DNA of 64,000 nucleotides from Mytilus trossulus (Eukaryota). Below are positions 1 through 14,996 of this stretch, piece by piece. The stretch spans positions 48,941,216 to 49,005,215 of the forward strand of contig NC_086385.1 of NCBI RefSeq assembly GCF_036588685.1, written 5' to 3'. Under the pieces are notes generated by a model. That model saw only the letters and a program-made list of their open reading frames with translations, did no database searches and was not told the origin of the DNA. Every line of letters begins with the position of its first letter. Position 1 is the first letter of the stretch. The translations under genes were made by a program, and so were the position numbers.

Positions 1-3000
1 TCAAAACAAGAATTGACTGAAATTAATTGTTTTACGTTGGGCTCTTTTGGTGGGCCGAGGGGGGGGGGGGGGGGGGGGGGGGTCTACAACGTGCAATTTT
101 ATTGCAAATTAAACCGAAAATTATATTAATAAGGACTAACTAAAATGAAACTTTTTGATGGTCATTAAGACTAGATTTTCATCAACTGTTTTTTCAGCTT
201 GAACAGATTAAAATAAAATACAGAGGAAACCTTATGTGTTCTTTATATATATGACTATGCGATCAGGACATTGCTCATTGTTGAAGGCCGTACGGTGACA
301 TATATTTGTTAATGTTTGGCTCTTGTGGAGAGTTGTCTCATGGGCAATCATACCACTTCCTCTTTTTGACATAATATAATAAGGCGTTCCATTTCAATTC
401 GACTCTATTGTTAAGAATATAGCTTTAATTATATTTGCTTGATACTGCTTCCGAATCGTTCCGATTACACTACTGCTTGCTGAGCTATCTATAGAAATGA
501 AATAACGAGATTATTAACAAGTTTAATAAGCTTTTGCATACAGTGAAAATAACGCCACTCAATCATGTCTTAGCCTTTCATACGTGATTAGAAAGATTTT
601 TCCCGTTCTATACATTTCAAAAGTCATAATCGCTGTTGCAATTATCATTATTACAGTAGTAACGTTATGTGCTGCAGGCTATATTCTTTTCTATTCATGA
701 TTGACAGTACTGATCTCACAACAAAATGTCAGCAACAGATGATAATTCTGGAAAATAGGAAACTTTAAACTGGTTTCAATCCCCAATTTTCTACATTTGA
801 AAATGACTTTACCAAAACAGAAACATTGTCTATTCGTTTGATGTGTTTTCTTATATGGTTTTGCCACTTGATGAGGGACATTCCATTTTGAATTTTCTTC
901 GAAGTTCAGTATTTTTGTGATTTTTTTTCTTTCTATACTATGTGGAAGTCGTTGTCTAGGTTGCTTAAGTTTTTGGGTCATTAGTTTCCCTACTCTTACT
1001 AATTTTTATTGCTTTCTTTAAGCTTAATAATTTTGACATACTAAAAAGTAAAATCACCAAAATACTGAACTCCGAGGAATATTCTAAACGGAAAGTCTCT
1101 AATCAAATGACAAAATCAAAAGCTCAAACACAGCAAACAAGTGGATAACAACTATCAAATTTCTGCTTTGACATATGCAATACTTTTAATAGGGAAATAG
1201 TCAATTTAGACTGGTTCTTTATCTAGCTTAACCTCCCACTTGTACCACAAGTATGCAATAAAATAGTTTTGATTTGTCTCTTCTGTAATTTGTTCTTTTC
1301 GAGTTGGTCATTGTAAATCTGTTTGTTGACATTTATCAATAGAGGGATGTTTATGGATTTTATTCAACTTTATTATGTATAATATGAGTGTACACTTGAT
1401 AAGTTTTAGCTATTGTTTATCTTTGTCTACATCTTTGTCGTTGTCTACATCTTTGTCGATAGATGTGACTGGTACTATTAAAATATGTTTTCTTCGCTGT
1501 TTAATTTTTCAATAAATTCAAAGTGGAGTCTGAATACTATATACAATCTCAACTAAACAATTCACAGACACGTTCTACTTAGTAAGTAGTCAATGGTTTT
1601 AAAAGTCTAGATCTTTATTTTTTCGTACTACGTTGTCTTTGATATAATTTGAACAAATATGATTATATATAGAAATGGGAAGATGTTATATGAGTGTCAA
1701 TGAGACAACATTCCATCCAAGTTACAATCTATAAACATTAACCATTATATAGGTCAATGTATGGTCTTCGACATTAAACAACAAGGTATAAAGGGCCCCA
1801 AAAATTACTAGTGTTAAAACATATGTCTGTGTACCAATAAAGTGCATCGTTTAAAAAAGCCGCTAACGATATAACGAAATCATTGAATAGGTCGTGTACA
1901 TACACATATGATTGTTTTACGTAAACACTATGTTTATTTCTATATTAGTTCGACAAAACAACAATCGATTTCTAATCACTTATCTATTATATCTTATATG
2001 ACAAATGTTTAATTCAATAAGGACTGCTATAATATACATAACACAAATTAAACCTTTCAAAATAGTTCTAATAAGAAAATAAGGACTTTTTAGTTTACAA
2101 TAATTTTAGAATTGCAGTGTGGCTTAATCTCGTGGTGATAATCGTACAAAATGTATGGGAAAACTGTTAATCGCTTCTGAATCTATAAGCTATAAAAATG
2201 TGTGATACAGTTGTGTATACATTCGAATATCTACCATTACCATCGTACATGGAAGTAAGAGTTCAGTATAGACAATGTTATATGATTATGTTTAGCCGCA
2301 AAACCATAATTCCAGATTCAACCCACATTTTTTTTAGTTTTGTTTTTATTTGGAACAAAAACAAATATTTGTAATCAATCAAGTCCTGATGTAAATGTAC
2401 CTACGTAACCTAGGTCGCATATGTTTTAATTTTTATTCTTAAAATGCATTATTACGAAGTATGCAATATAGCAGATGAAATGACTAGTCCGATTTTATGA
2501 ATGTTGTTGTTTATTTTTTTTATTTTAGAATTCAATTGTTATGGTTTATTCGTTGTTTCCTCTTTTACGTTTTAAATGCGTTTCCCTCGGTTTTGGTTTG
2601 TTACCTGGATTTGTTTCAGTTATTCAGACTTTTGAACAGTGGTATACTGCTATTGTCTTTATTTATGTTATTAAATGGTTGACTTCAAATGCATTTGTTT
2701 TGGTTTTGTCAATTGTCAATTGTATCGTTAGGTAGCAAACTGATATATATAGTACATTATGTGTAATGAGTAATGAATATATCACAAATAGCCACTACCA
2801 TTTTATTGAATGGCACATAGGCTAGCTAGTCTACGAAGGCGTCATCAACTCAACTGTTTGTGTCTTGGTACTAACATGATTTAAACAACACATTTAGTGA
2901 ACAAGATATTTTGAATTCATTGTTACAGCTTATACTCCCTCGTACAAACAGAACTTCAATGCATTTCCTCAATATTTAAAGTTTCTTTTGAACAATTCTT

Positions 3001-3838
3001 GATTAGGCAGTCTTCTTTTATGCTTAGAGTTTAATCTGTTGACTTCCTGGTGAAGTAAAATCAAATGGAGCGAATCGGACAAACTTCATTTCAAAAGTTG
3101 TTTAATACTGAACAATGGCTTTGATATTCAAGATTTAGTAGGCATACCGTTAATCTTTTCAATCATATTTAGAAAAATGTCATTAAATAAATATAAAATC
3201 AATTATATAAGATAATTAAGCAACTAAATGATAGTAGAAAAAAAACTTGATGTATTTGTGTCGATTTTTTTCTATCCTTTTAGTTCTTATTTTTTTTTTG
3301 GTGAACTGAAACTCTTTTGACTGGGATATATACATTTTTTTTTGCAGTTTTAACTTTATGTGTTTCCTTGATTTAATGCAATTGGCAATCAAATCAATAT
3401 TCATTTTAATAGACTGTTGTTGTATCAATATGACCTTGGAGTATTTGTATACCAATCATTTAATGTTACTTAAAATATTGTATCCTGTGAAATCAGATAG
3501 TCTGCAGGAATGTTGTATTGGTAATTGGGAAATAAATCAGGCACGCTTCTTTGTTCAAATGAAAGTGAACACGGAGGTATCAACCCCTTATTTTTCTACT
3601 TTTCACGATGCATTCTACACAATATATTTTTAGTGGGTCTCATTGAATTCTCTTTCTCATATTGTCAAATGAATGAAAATTGCTGTGTCCGGTATATTGT
3701 CAAGCCTTAAATAGATAGCATTTGGTTTTTATTTCATTTAATATGAACATAAAGAGAAATGACGAAATTGACAATGCAACATTTATCTATCAGAGTAGGA
3801 AATAATAAATATTAATGATGCAAAATTCAAAATATTTA

Positions 3839-4049
3839 CATGTGGAGCAGGATCTGCTTACCCTTCCGAAGCACCTGAGATCACCCCTAGTTTTGGTGGG
3901 GTTTGTGTTGTTTATTTTTTATTTTTCTATGTTGTTTCATATGTACTATTGTTTGTCTGTTTGTCTTTATCATTTTAGCCATGGCGTTGTCAGTTTGTTT
4001 TAGATTTATGAGTTTGACTGTCCCTTTGGTATCTTTCGTCCCTCTTTTA
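3839..4049 (+). mobile_element. 3'-terminal fragment of the same Penelope-like element
   Basis: Near-identical to 52745-52955 (CATGTGGAGCAGGATCTGCTTACCCTTCCG...CTTTCGTCCCTCTTTT). Confidence 0.9.
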
Positions 4050-4625
4050 CGTAGTAAACACTATATATTTACTTGCTTAATGGTAGACTCAAACATTTTA
4101 AATTTAGTTTGTCTAAAATAAATTGATGACGACAACAGTTACTATGTTCAATAGTTGAAATAGAAGTTAATATATTATCCAGAATAACGTGTTTAAGAAT
4201 ATCAGTTTTCGTTTTCGTTTTCATTTGTCACAGAGTGACTACATGGACTAAAGTAATCATTGTTTTGGTTCTTGTTATTACGGCAACATTTATATGGTAC
4301 AGGAAATGAACGTCTACGGTAGCATGCACGATTGACAAGAAATCAATTTAAGTAGACATGCATTTAAAACCATATTTGCTTATCTAATTGTAATGCAAAT
4401 AGTTTAGAGTAATGGAAGTTTAGAACTTTGCGATTTGGTGTCGAGTAATAGAAATAAATCTAGGGAAAAATGGAACAAAAGAAAAATAAACTTTAGTAAA
4501 GGACATATAGTGCACATTTAAATAGATAAACACATTTAGATTGTTATTACAAATTCGGAAAATGTCTATACCAAGGCAGGGATATGACAGTACTTTGTAT
4601 GACCTTTTTGGCTTTTTTTATTCGA

Positions 4626-4669
4626 TCGTTACTGATGAGTCTTTTGAGGACGAAGTGCGCGTCTGGTGT
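4626..4669 (+). ncRNA. Degenerate hammerhead ribozyme motif
   Basis: CGTTA-CTGATGA-GTC-TTTTGAG-GAC-GAAG-TGCGCG-TC-TGGTG; GAAA is mutated to GAAG. Confidence 0.6.
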
Positions 4670-7600
4670 AGGTACAAGGATTTAGTCCTGCTACCTATGA
4701 CGAGTTTTTTGTTTTCCCATCGTTCCGTAGTGACAGGTTTTAACCTCCCCCTTTTTACCTGAATTTACCTTTGAGTTTTAGTTGATAATTGAGGATTATA
4801 AAACGGAAGCGTATTTTTAACAGATATCTACCAACGGTTGATAACAATATGGTTAAAAATTGATTAAAATAAATATGAGTAATAAATACAGACTTAAGAT
4901 AATGTGTTGGAACAAGTAAAAAGGCTTGGTTAAAGACTACGTTTGTCAGATCTATTTAATTTTCATTCCAGTGTCGTATTTAATGTCTGTTGTATATATT
5001 GTATTATTACATATAATAAATGTATAAGTCTGTGGACAAAAAAATACCGTCACAAAGTGCGTAATCCAAATTGTGTGTATGCAATAAAATATGTTTAACT
5101 TGCAGTCTTTTTTTTTTAATGATAATGACAACGACAGTAAGCTGGACTTTTTGAGAGTTTTCTTTAGATAGAAAACCAAATAAGAACAATCAATATAGTC
5201 ACCATTTTTCTAGGTTAATAATTATTTTCATGGTTTTTCAATTTTTTGGCTCGAAGGTTTATAATAAATTCATTAGAGATTTCTGTTTCACGCCAGATGC
5301 ACGTTTCGAATCTAAAACGTCCCACCAGTACTATTCGAATTAAAAACTTTAAAAGTACAGATCAATTAAAAAGTTGAAATGCATTGAGAACCCTTACGTA
5401 AGTTTTATTGTTTTATAGGATCAACATTATATTACATTACAAAACAATCTTCAATATGGTTAGATAGGAAATACAAAACGTTTAGTTGTTTATATCTGTA
5501 AATATCGACCAAAAATCCATTATATCATTCAAGAACAAGTAAGAACAAGTTAAATAGCGATTATCTACTTTAATATGCAGTAATTGTAAATCCTATTCAA
5601 CCGATTGCTAGGCAAATAAATAAATTGTATTATCGATATTCAACACAATCAAATCAAGTTCATAGTGATATGCAATATCGTTAGATATTGACTTTTGGAT
5701 TGCTTCCGTGTGTTAATTAAGATTCAAATAAATTAATAATTTAAAATTTATCCTTTGTTAGTAACGTTGTGTTGTTAATTAAGTGCATGTTTTGCATTCG
5801 TTTCACCATTTAATACATTAAAACTATATGATGATTGATGCTCTATTACATTGACGCACTAGCTGATAACATTGATTCGTTAAAAATCTACATTTCTTTA
5901 TTGTATCAAGGTCATAATGATTTAAATTCTGGTCATCACGATTGCTGAAAAGAAAGTCGAACTTAACATGTAGGATTGATATAAATGTAGACATGCAGTT
6001 ACAGCACTATATGATTCGTTATTACATTGGGTATCATTTTCAATGAGAATCATTATCATCACTGTACTTGATTATGCATAGTAATCGAATTCAAATCAAA
6101 TAGAATGAAATTGGAAAAATATGGTAAGATACTATGCCTGTGATGTTAAGCAGACGAAAACGGTAGAAGTCAGGCGTCTGTGAATCAGTGGTTATCATAT
6201 GTTGCCTGATATCATAGTTGTTATTCGTGTTTTATTAAGCATAACTATTTGTTGGTGTCCTTGTTCGAATTATTTTAACCTTTGTTTATATATATTAGGG
6301 CTTTTAAACAGCTCATTCTACCTTTTATATTATTAAAGCAGAACTATGACCTAAATTTTCTTACATTTACAGCATTTGGTCAAAGGATTTAATGCACTCT
6401 GATTTTTATCAATGCTTAAACTGGTTGCTTCAAATTTTTTTTGTTTTTACGTGCAAAAAGTTTATCAGACAAATATTGACAACAACATAATTATAAAGTC
6501 AATAATTATAGAAAAAAGTCTTTTGTTTATTCATACATGCAGTTATTGAAATATCGTGTTATTGATTGTTGAGCAAATAAATCAAATGACATTTATAACA
6601 GCCAACACCATATAAATACTATTCAAGTTGAATAGATTGGGGTTATAAATAGAAAATGAAGTGGTGTTTACATTTTGGGATTTCCTTCAAACAACAAAAA
6701 AGGCTCCAAAAAGTCGTAAACATCAATAAGGATGGTGTGTGTATAGGTCAATGAGACTTTCTTCAAAGACACGATTTTCTACCTATCAAGATCTACATAA
6801 TTTTGAGATGAAGTAAATTGGAAGCACATAACACAAAAAAATGCAATATTTGTTCATGTCTTAGGCCTGCAAAACACGAAACCACCGATTACATTATCAT
6901 ACAAAAGAAATACATTGTAACAGCAATGAAAATGTTCGATTGGGAACGGTTAAAATTGGTTTAACATTGTTTTACTGAAGATTGCGTTTTGTGATCTTTA
7001 GAAAACTAATGTTACATCACAAAAATAGTAGACTCCGATTAAATTCGACACGAAAATTCTCTTATCAAATGGTAAAATCAAAAGCTAAAACAGAATAAAG
7101 GAATGGCCAACAAATATGATGTATCTGACGACTTGGTTAAGAATTTTCTTACATAGCAAAAGCGGGATTAAAGCCAACCTGGTTTAATAGCTATAAAATG
7201 TACATGTAGCTGTTGCATTTAGCAATTTTTTCAGTAAATCAAAAAAAAGAATGAATCGTGTGAAAACGCACAATGATATGATTATGTTAGTCTTTCATCA
7301 GACATAAATATCAACACGATGTCCTCCTATCAATCTATTGGACTGAAATCTTTTATCTTTCTTGTTTCAACCATTAGCTAAATGGACGAACATGTGATGT
7401 TCTAGATAATCCCTTTGAACTGTTATCCTTATAAGTTTCAATCAAGGCGTCTTTGATTCGAAGACATATATCCGTATTACAAGAATAGCGTTACTTAAAA
7501 ATTATTGTCAGTAATATTTTCTTTGTTTCCCAAATATATCGATATGCGTATCTAACGATTAATATGTTCTGATTGTAAAATTACCTGGACTAGTATTGTG

Positions 7601-9264
7601 CTTGTTGTTTGTTTTTTTTAAATATCAAAATCGTATAAGGGAAATTTGAGAAAATGAAAACAACACGCTATATAAATGTCATGCGTCCGACGTGATTTCC
7701 TGGATTTACCTTCGTTGTGAATGATTAAATCCAAATAAATGAAAGCCAACGATTTAAAAAAACTGAAACAACTGAAGAGGTATATGACCAAAAATAACCT
7801 GATAAAAAGCTAAATCAATCTAAGGCCAACTTTGCCTAAGTGATTTGAAAAACTGAGTTTCTTTGTAATTTCAAAATTTATAAAATTTATAAACGGACAA
7901 TTTTAGAAAGGATTGTTATAAAATCACGTCAGCACCGAAGTTCTGACTACTAAATTTAACCGGGAAATTTTTTAAATCAGATCATGTCCAAATATTCTAA
8001 AATGAAAAAAATAACGCCTGACTTTAATCGTGGCCTTAAAATGATTGTTGTTTAAAAAGAACTTTGTTAATTGCAGATCTTTTCTGTTGAAATGATTCAA
8101 AGTGGTATTGGTTCCAGACAATTTATAGATTATCATTAGATATATTCCATTATTCCTTATATCGGCAACTTGTTTGAACGGTATGTTTTTGGTTGTGAAT
8201 ATGAAGTAAAATTCAAAAAATCAAAAAATTACCTTTTTCGTGTACAACCTGTTGGGATATGTGTTCGGTTGTATAAAGTCACGTGTATTCCATTGCTGTA
8301 TGGACGTATGGTGTTTTGATCACGTGGCAATGCTGCCTGCTACATAATATCATTGCCTAATATTTTTGACTGTCAAGTCCTGTCCATGATGTAAGAATTA
8401 TGAAACAGTGAGATCAAAAAGAAAATGTACAAATACACATAAAATAGTTAACCATCATTATAAATCAATTTTCCTACATGTTCTATCATTGTAAGAAGAT
8501 CAGAAATGACAGTAACTTATTATCAAATTTTCAATTGAGAGAAAAACTAATGTATATGTCATAGTATTATGTATACAAAAAACGATTGTGATTTAATAGC
8601 GTTTGCTATGCAGATATTGATGATTTTAACAATGTATAAAAATTATAATCGAATTAGGAACTTTTCGATAACAGTTGTGTTAATTTGAATTCAACAGTTC
8701 TAAGTTTCAATGTTCAGACCTAGTGCAAAATGAAAAAAAATATATAACACAAAGGCGCAAACTTACATTTATACTTAAACATGTTGAAAGCATTATCTTG
8801 TACTTTTTCATAAAGCACAACGCAACATTTCATTTAATTGATAATATTCAGAAATAAAATAATTCATCTTTAAGATCCAGGTTCTAATGCACTTCGTTTT
8901 ATTGTTTTATGTAAAAGAACTATCCTCATTTGTTTACCGAAGCTACTTTTATAACGTAGTATTTCTTTTACTAATTGCTTAGTAGACCTTGTGAAATAAT
9001 GACAGCGTAAATGTGTTGCGTGATGTTGATCAACCTTCGAGTTTATATAATGGCAGTTCGTAAATGTTTTAACTTAGTGCATTTAGTTTTTAAATTTCAA
9101 ATGCTAGTAATAGTGTAAAAGAATAAACCCTTTATATTTTTGTACCTTAATATTAAGTAATTAAAAGTAAATACATTGTAACTTCTTTCTGATTTGGTCA
9201 GTACAAAATAACTACTGAACAAAACATGTGTTTTGTCAATGCAATAAACGGTACCAATTTTATT

Positions 9265-9308
9265 GCACCAGATGCGCATTTCGACAATACATGTCTCTTC
9301 AGTGATGC
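9265..9308 (-). ncRNA. Minimal type I hammerhead ribozyme (intact core) in a retrozyme-like repeat (~9246-9565)
   Basis: Minus strand reads GCATCA-CTGAAGA-GAC-ATGTATT-GTC-GAAA-TGCGCA-TC-TGGTGC: stem I, CUGANGA, stem II, GAAA, palindromic stem III, AUC cleavage triplet. Confidence 0.85.
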
Positions 9309-11242
9309 TCGTGGCAAAAATATTTGAAATCCAAAGCTTATATAAAAGATAAAGAGCTATAATCCAAAAGTTCAAAAAAGTATAGCCAAATCCGTGAAAG
9401 GAATTAGAGCTTTGCATGAGGGAGATACATTTCTTAATTTATAATAATTTCTAATATTTTGTAACAGCAAATTTAATTACACAAAAAATCCGTATTTTCA
9501 TGGCAGTACCGAAGTACTGGCTACTGGTCTGGTGATACCCTCGGGGACTTATAGTCCACCAGCAGGTATTCAATGACTCATTTGTAATCAAAGTGTTGCT
9601 CTGTTGAATCGTTTGGTAGTACTCTCCAATGGTAAACAGAACACGCAACACAAACAATTTCACTTTGGTTATAACACAACTTATTACAAAGTAAACGACA
9701 AAAAATTATTCGATATTACTTATTGTGTCTTCTTCTTTGTGGTATTATAACATTGCGTTTGAAATTTTGCAATAATTGATAATATGCTAATATAACTGAT
9801 AACTTCATTGCCTTCAAAATAAATTAAAACAATGGCTAATCCTCATTCTTTGGTCAGATAAAAATATTGCGATTTTTCTTCTGCAAATTCTTAATCTTTA
9901 TTAATTCCTTCTTTGTGTCAAAACATCCATAGTCCTCAGGAGAGGATTTAATTTCTTTTGTATCTGACGTAACACGTGACATTAAAGCTCTGTACATGTG
10001 ACATTAAAGCGTGGGTCTGTCTTTGGATTTCTATTCATTCAAGTTTTAACTTCATCTCTCAGAAGAATTAATTGAGGTTTAGGCAAATTAATTCATTGGG
10101 TTTATCTTTACAGCTGATGTTGCATCGTTGTTTTTCTCTTTCCTTACTGAAGTGTTGGTACGCCTTCGCAAGAAACCATTCAAGTATTCATTGAAAGTTG
10201 GTAATCCACGTCGATGTTATTAAGTCACTCAGTGATATGACAATGATAATTCAAACAAGCTGTATTTGTACGTATGTGTTTGTATTGTCGAGAATATCTT
10301 TTTTTTTTTAAATCTAAGTATGTTATTAAGCGTTGAGTAGTATTCGTGTATTATATTCAAACTTTTAATCATATTACGTATAACATTGGGAATAAATTAT
10401 TTTTGTATATATGTTGGTCTGATGACTTATTTCCATTTCTATCCACAAAAAGTAAAATCACAAAAATACTGAACTGAGGAAAATTCAAAACAGAAAGTCC
10501 TTAATCAAAGGCTAAATAAAAAAAAAAGCACAGACTAATCAAACGAATGGACAACAATGTCAAATAGGGAATCAATCTACGACGTCCACTCAGTGTATGG
10601 TCTTATATATCGCTGCTGTTATTTTCTTCGTAGAATGAACAAAACATTGATTTAACGGACAGAAAGCCAATCAAATAATTTAAGAGATTTAGAGTAAATG
10701 TAAGAATAGTTTGAACAAAATAGTTTAATAGTCATCCTTCCCTTAGGAAATAAAAACCTTAGTTTTAGTACTATTTCATGTTTGCGTATAATTTACAATG
10801 TTAATGTATGTTTTATGTCAAGAGTGTACAAAAGCGTCGACAATTGCGTTAATTATTAGTTATAACTAAAACTAAATAAAGGCAATAGTAGTATACTGCT
10901 GTTCAAAACTCATCAATCCATGGACAAAAAACAAAATCTGGGTAACAAACTAAATCTGAGGGAAACACATTAAATATAAGAGGAGAACACCGACACAACC
11001 CTAAAATGTAACACACACAGAAACGGACCAAGCATCAAAAAAAATCCCACGAAATAACAAATATAACATCAAAACCAAATACATGAATTTGAGATAGACA
11101 AGTTCCGTGACACGTCTTAACGCAATGTAAATTCACACTAAAAAATTAGAGAAAACAAACGACGCAACGTTAAAATGTAGCTCACACAGAAACTCACACT
11201 GTAATGTAAGCGTGTGTTATTGTCAATTGAACGACAGTTATA

Positions 11243-11570
11243 TTGACGTTTCGTCCCCGAGGGTATCACCAGCCCAGTAGTCAACACTTCGGTCTTGACA
11301 TGAATATCAATAATGTGGTCATTTTTATAAGTTTCCTGTATACAAAACTTTGAACTTTTTGAAAAACTAAGGATTTTCTTATCCCAGGCATAGCTTACCT
11401 TAGCCGTATTTGGCACAATTTTTTTGAAATTTTGGATCCTCAATGCTTTTCAACTTTGTACTTGTTTGGGTTTATAAATATTTTTGATTTGAGCGTCACT
11501 GATGATTCTATGAAGACGAAACGCGCGTCTGACGTACTAAATTATAATACTGGTACCTTTGATAGCTATT
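11243..11570 (+). mobile_element. Retrozyme-like monomer with hammerhead motif at 11493-11535
   Basis: Matches the units at 55875-56725; motif GCGTCACTGATGATTCTATGAAGACGAAACGCGCGTCTGACGT. Confidence 0.78.
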
Positions 11571-12709
11571 TTTTGACGAGTCATTCTTGAATCATTATGG
11601 CGGTTATTGTAGTCTGTATATTCAGTAAGTGAAAAGAACTCAATTGCTTTATGCCCCAAGCAGGATGTTTTAAACGGTCAACTTCCGTTTTTGAAAGTCA
11701 ATTAGTAAAATCACAATTATATCATTTCACTATCTAAATAATGCGCATATAAAATATTCATGGTTACTGATACAATTATTTATGTGGTATATGTCTAGCA
11801 GAAATCAGTCGAACGACAAAATAAAAACTAATGACATACTGATTGGTTCATATTCACCAACAGTTATTAACACGCTTTGTCAATTTTTAAATCGTCAATT
11901 GGCGAATTAGAGAGGTTTGATACTCAATATTTATCAGATTTTGTAAGATTTTTGGAATTCTCTTGTTTTAATCATCAAAGTGGCTTTAAATTTTATAAAA
12001 TCTTATAATATCATTCTTTTTTTTTTCAATTGTTGTTTTACCAAGGATAGTGGGCAATGTTAAATGATTGAAAAGTCTAGAGAAATTGTTTTCCACCAAA
12101 TTTACAATGACGTATTTTTCAGCTGTTTTATTTTCTTTATTCAGGTTCCATTTTTTTATAACAGTAATTTGAAATCCTTGTTATTTTCAAACTGAGTAGC
12201 GAACCTCCTAAATAGGTTTTAAACTTATATGTTTTCTCTTTTCTCTTTTATTTTGAAATCGGTTTTAAAATTCTTCTTTTCTCAATCATAGTTCCTAGTA
12301 ATTGTATAACCATATCACTCTATCGGACATTCGAGCATTTGAAGGGTTTTGTATATTGACAAGTTAAAGCTTTTAATCAATTCTGTTGTTGATTTATTTC
12401 AAGATTATAGTATTATTACTTAAGTACTTCCGTCAACCGATTATATCAAACATTAAAAACGAGATCAACAGATTGGCTCAGGTTTTTATATCTATTTTTA
12501 AACTTCCGGTTTGGTAATGATTTAAGGGCAACGTTATAATATTGATGACAACCTTAAATGTACTTTTATCTTTGAATTATTATGACAAACGCTTTAGTCA
12601 GTGTTAACAAAAAAACACCCCATATAATATTACTAATCCATTGTTATTTATCAAAGGAAAAACTTATACAATGAAATTAGTTTTTATGGATGTGCAATGA
12701 TTTGATTCA

Positions 12710-14720
12710 TCCATGTTAAATAATTTATTCTGAGTGTGTCAAATGACTAAAAATTTACTTGAGTTGTGTTTTAGTGATTTCAACTTTGTAATGTTGTTTT
12801 CGTCTTCTGTTTTGTGTTTTCTTCCATCTTAAATAATGTATTCTGAGTGTGTCAAATGACTAAAAATTTACTTGAGTTGTGTTTTAGTGATTTCAACTTT
12901 GTAATGTTGTTTTCGTCTTCTGTTTTGTGTTTTCTTCTATCTTAAATAATTTATTCTGAGTGTGTCAAATGACTAAAAATTTACTTGAGTTGTGTTTTAG
13001 TGATTTCAACTTTGTAATGTTGTTTTCGTCTTCTATTTTGTGTTTTCTTCCATCTTAAATAATTTATTCTGAGTGTGTCAAATGACTAAAAATTTACTTG
13101 AGTTGTGTTTTAGTGATTTCAACTTTGTAATGTTGTTTTCGTCTTCTGTTTTGTGTTTTCTTCCATCTTAAATAATGTATTCTGAGTGTGTCAAATGACT
13201 AAAAATTTACTTGAGTTGTGTTTTAGTGATTTCAACTTTGTAATGTTGTTTTCGTCTTCTGTTTTGTGTTTTCTTCTATCTTAAATAATTTATTCTGAGT
13301 GTGTCAAATGACTAAAAATTTACTTGAGTTGTGTTTTAGTGATTTCAACTTTGTAATGTTGTTTTCGTCTTCTGTTTTGTGTTTTCTTCCATCTTAAATA
13401 ATTTATTCTGAGTGTGTCAAATGACTAAAAATTTACTTGAGTTGTGTTTTAGTGATTTCAACTTTGTAATGTTGTTTTCGTCTTCTGTTTTGTGTTTTCT
13501 TCCATCTTGAATAATTTATTCTGAGTGTGTCAAATGACTAAAAATTTACTTGAGTTGTGTTTTAGTGATTTCAACTTTGTAATGTTGTTTTCGTCTTCTG
13601 TTTTGTGTTTTCTTCCATCTTAAATAATTTATTCTGAGTGTGTCAAATGACTAAAAATTTACTGAGTTGTGTTTTAGTGATTTCAACTTTGTAATGTTGT
13701 TTTCGTCTTCTGTTTTTTGTTTTCTTCCATCTTAAATAATTTATTCTGAGTGTGTCAAATGACTAAAAATTTACTTGAGTTGTGTTTTAGTGATTTCAAC
13801 TTTGTAATGTTGTTTTCTTCTTCTGTTTTGTGTTTTCTTCCATCTTAAATAATTTATTCTGAGTGTGTCAAATGACTAAAAATTTACTTGAGTTGTGTTT
13901 TAGTGATTTCAACTTTGTAATGTTGTTTTCGTCTTCTGTTTTGTGTTTTCTGCCATCTTAAATAATTTATTCTGAGTGTGTCAAATGACTAAAAATTTAC
14001 TTGAGTTGTGTTTTAGTGATTTCAACTTTGTAATGTTGTTTTCGTCTTCTGTTTTGTGTTTTCTTCCATCTTAAATAATTTATTCTGAGTGTGTCAAATG
14101 ACTAAACATTTACTTGAGTTGTGTTTTAGTGATTTCAACTTTGTGATGTTGTTTTCGTCTTCTGTTTTGTGTTTTCTTCCATCTTAAATAATTTATTCTG
14201 AGTGTGTCAAATGACTAAAAATTTACTTGAGTTGTGTTTTAGTGATTTCAACTTTGTAATGTTGTTTTCGTCTTCTCTTTTGTGTTTTCTTCCATCTTAA
14301 ATAATTTATTTTGAGTGAGTCAAATGACTAAAAATTTACTTGAGTTGTGTTTTAGTGATTTCAACTTTGTAATGTTGTTTTCGTCTTCTGTTTTGTGTTT
14401 TCTTCCATCTTAAATAATTTATTCTGAGTGTGTCAAATGACTAAACATTTACTTGAGTTGTGTTTTAGTGATTTCAACTTTGTAATGGGTTTTTTTCTTC
14501 TGCTTTGTGTTTTCTTCCATGTTAAAAAAAATATTCTGAGTGTGTCAAATGACTAAACATTTCCGTGAGTTGTGTTTAAGTGATTTCAACTTTGTAATGT
14601 TGTTTTCGTTTTTGTTTTGTGTTTTCTTCCATGTTAAATAATTTATTCTGAGTGTGTCAAATGACTAAACATTTAAGTGAGTTGTGTTTTGATTCTTCTT
14701 CTGTTTCGTGTTTTCTTCCT
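12710..14720. repeat. Tandem satellite, 113-bp unit, ~17-18 copies
   Basis: Unit TAATTTATTCTGAGTGTGTCAAATGACTAAAAATTTACTTGAG...CTTCCATCTTAAA. Copies are nearly identical and decay at the right end. Confidence 0.97.
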
Positions 14721-14996
14721 TTTTGTTTGATTTCCTTTTCTTTAGTTGTGTTCTGTTGTTCCGTCTTTTTTTAAGAGATTTGGAAGTGTGTGTTATGTAA
14801 AGACATTTTCCGAGGAAAATGGTGGGTAATAAATAGTGTCAATACTAGCTTTACAATCTGTTTTCATAATTAAATCAAGTCCAATAAATTAATTGCCATC
14901 AATGTTAAGACACCAGAGAGCCATGTCTAAAACCAATGTCTAGATTTATAACAAACTATTAATTTCATCTCAGTTGTAGAGAATACATCACATATA

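Noticed and set aside
59-82. Poly-G run (and poly-C at 50384-50401)
   Set aside because: Simple homopolymers of uncertain length with no further evidence of function.
12710-14720. Possible CRISPR array
   Set aside because: Units are contiguous and identical with no unique spacers, no cas genes are present, and the context is eukaryotic.
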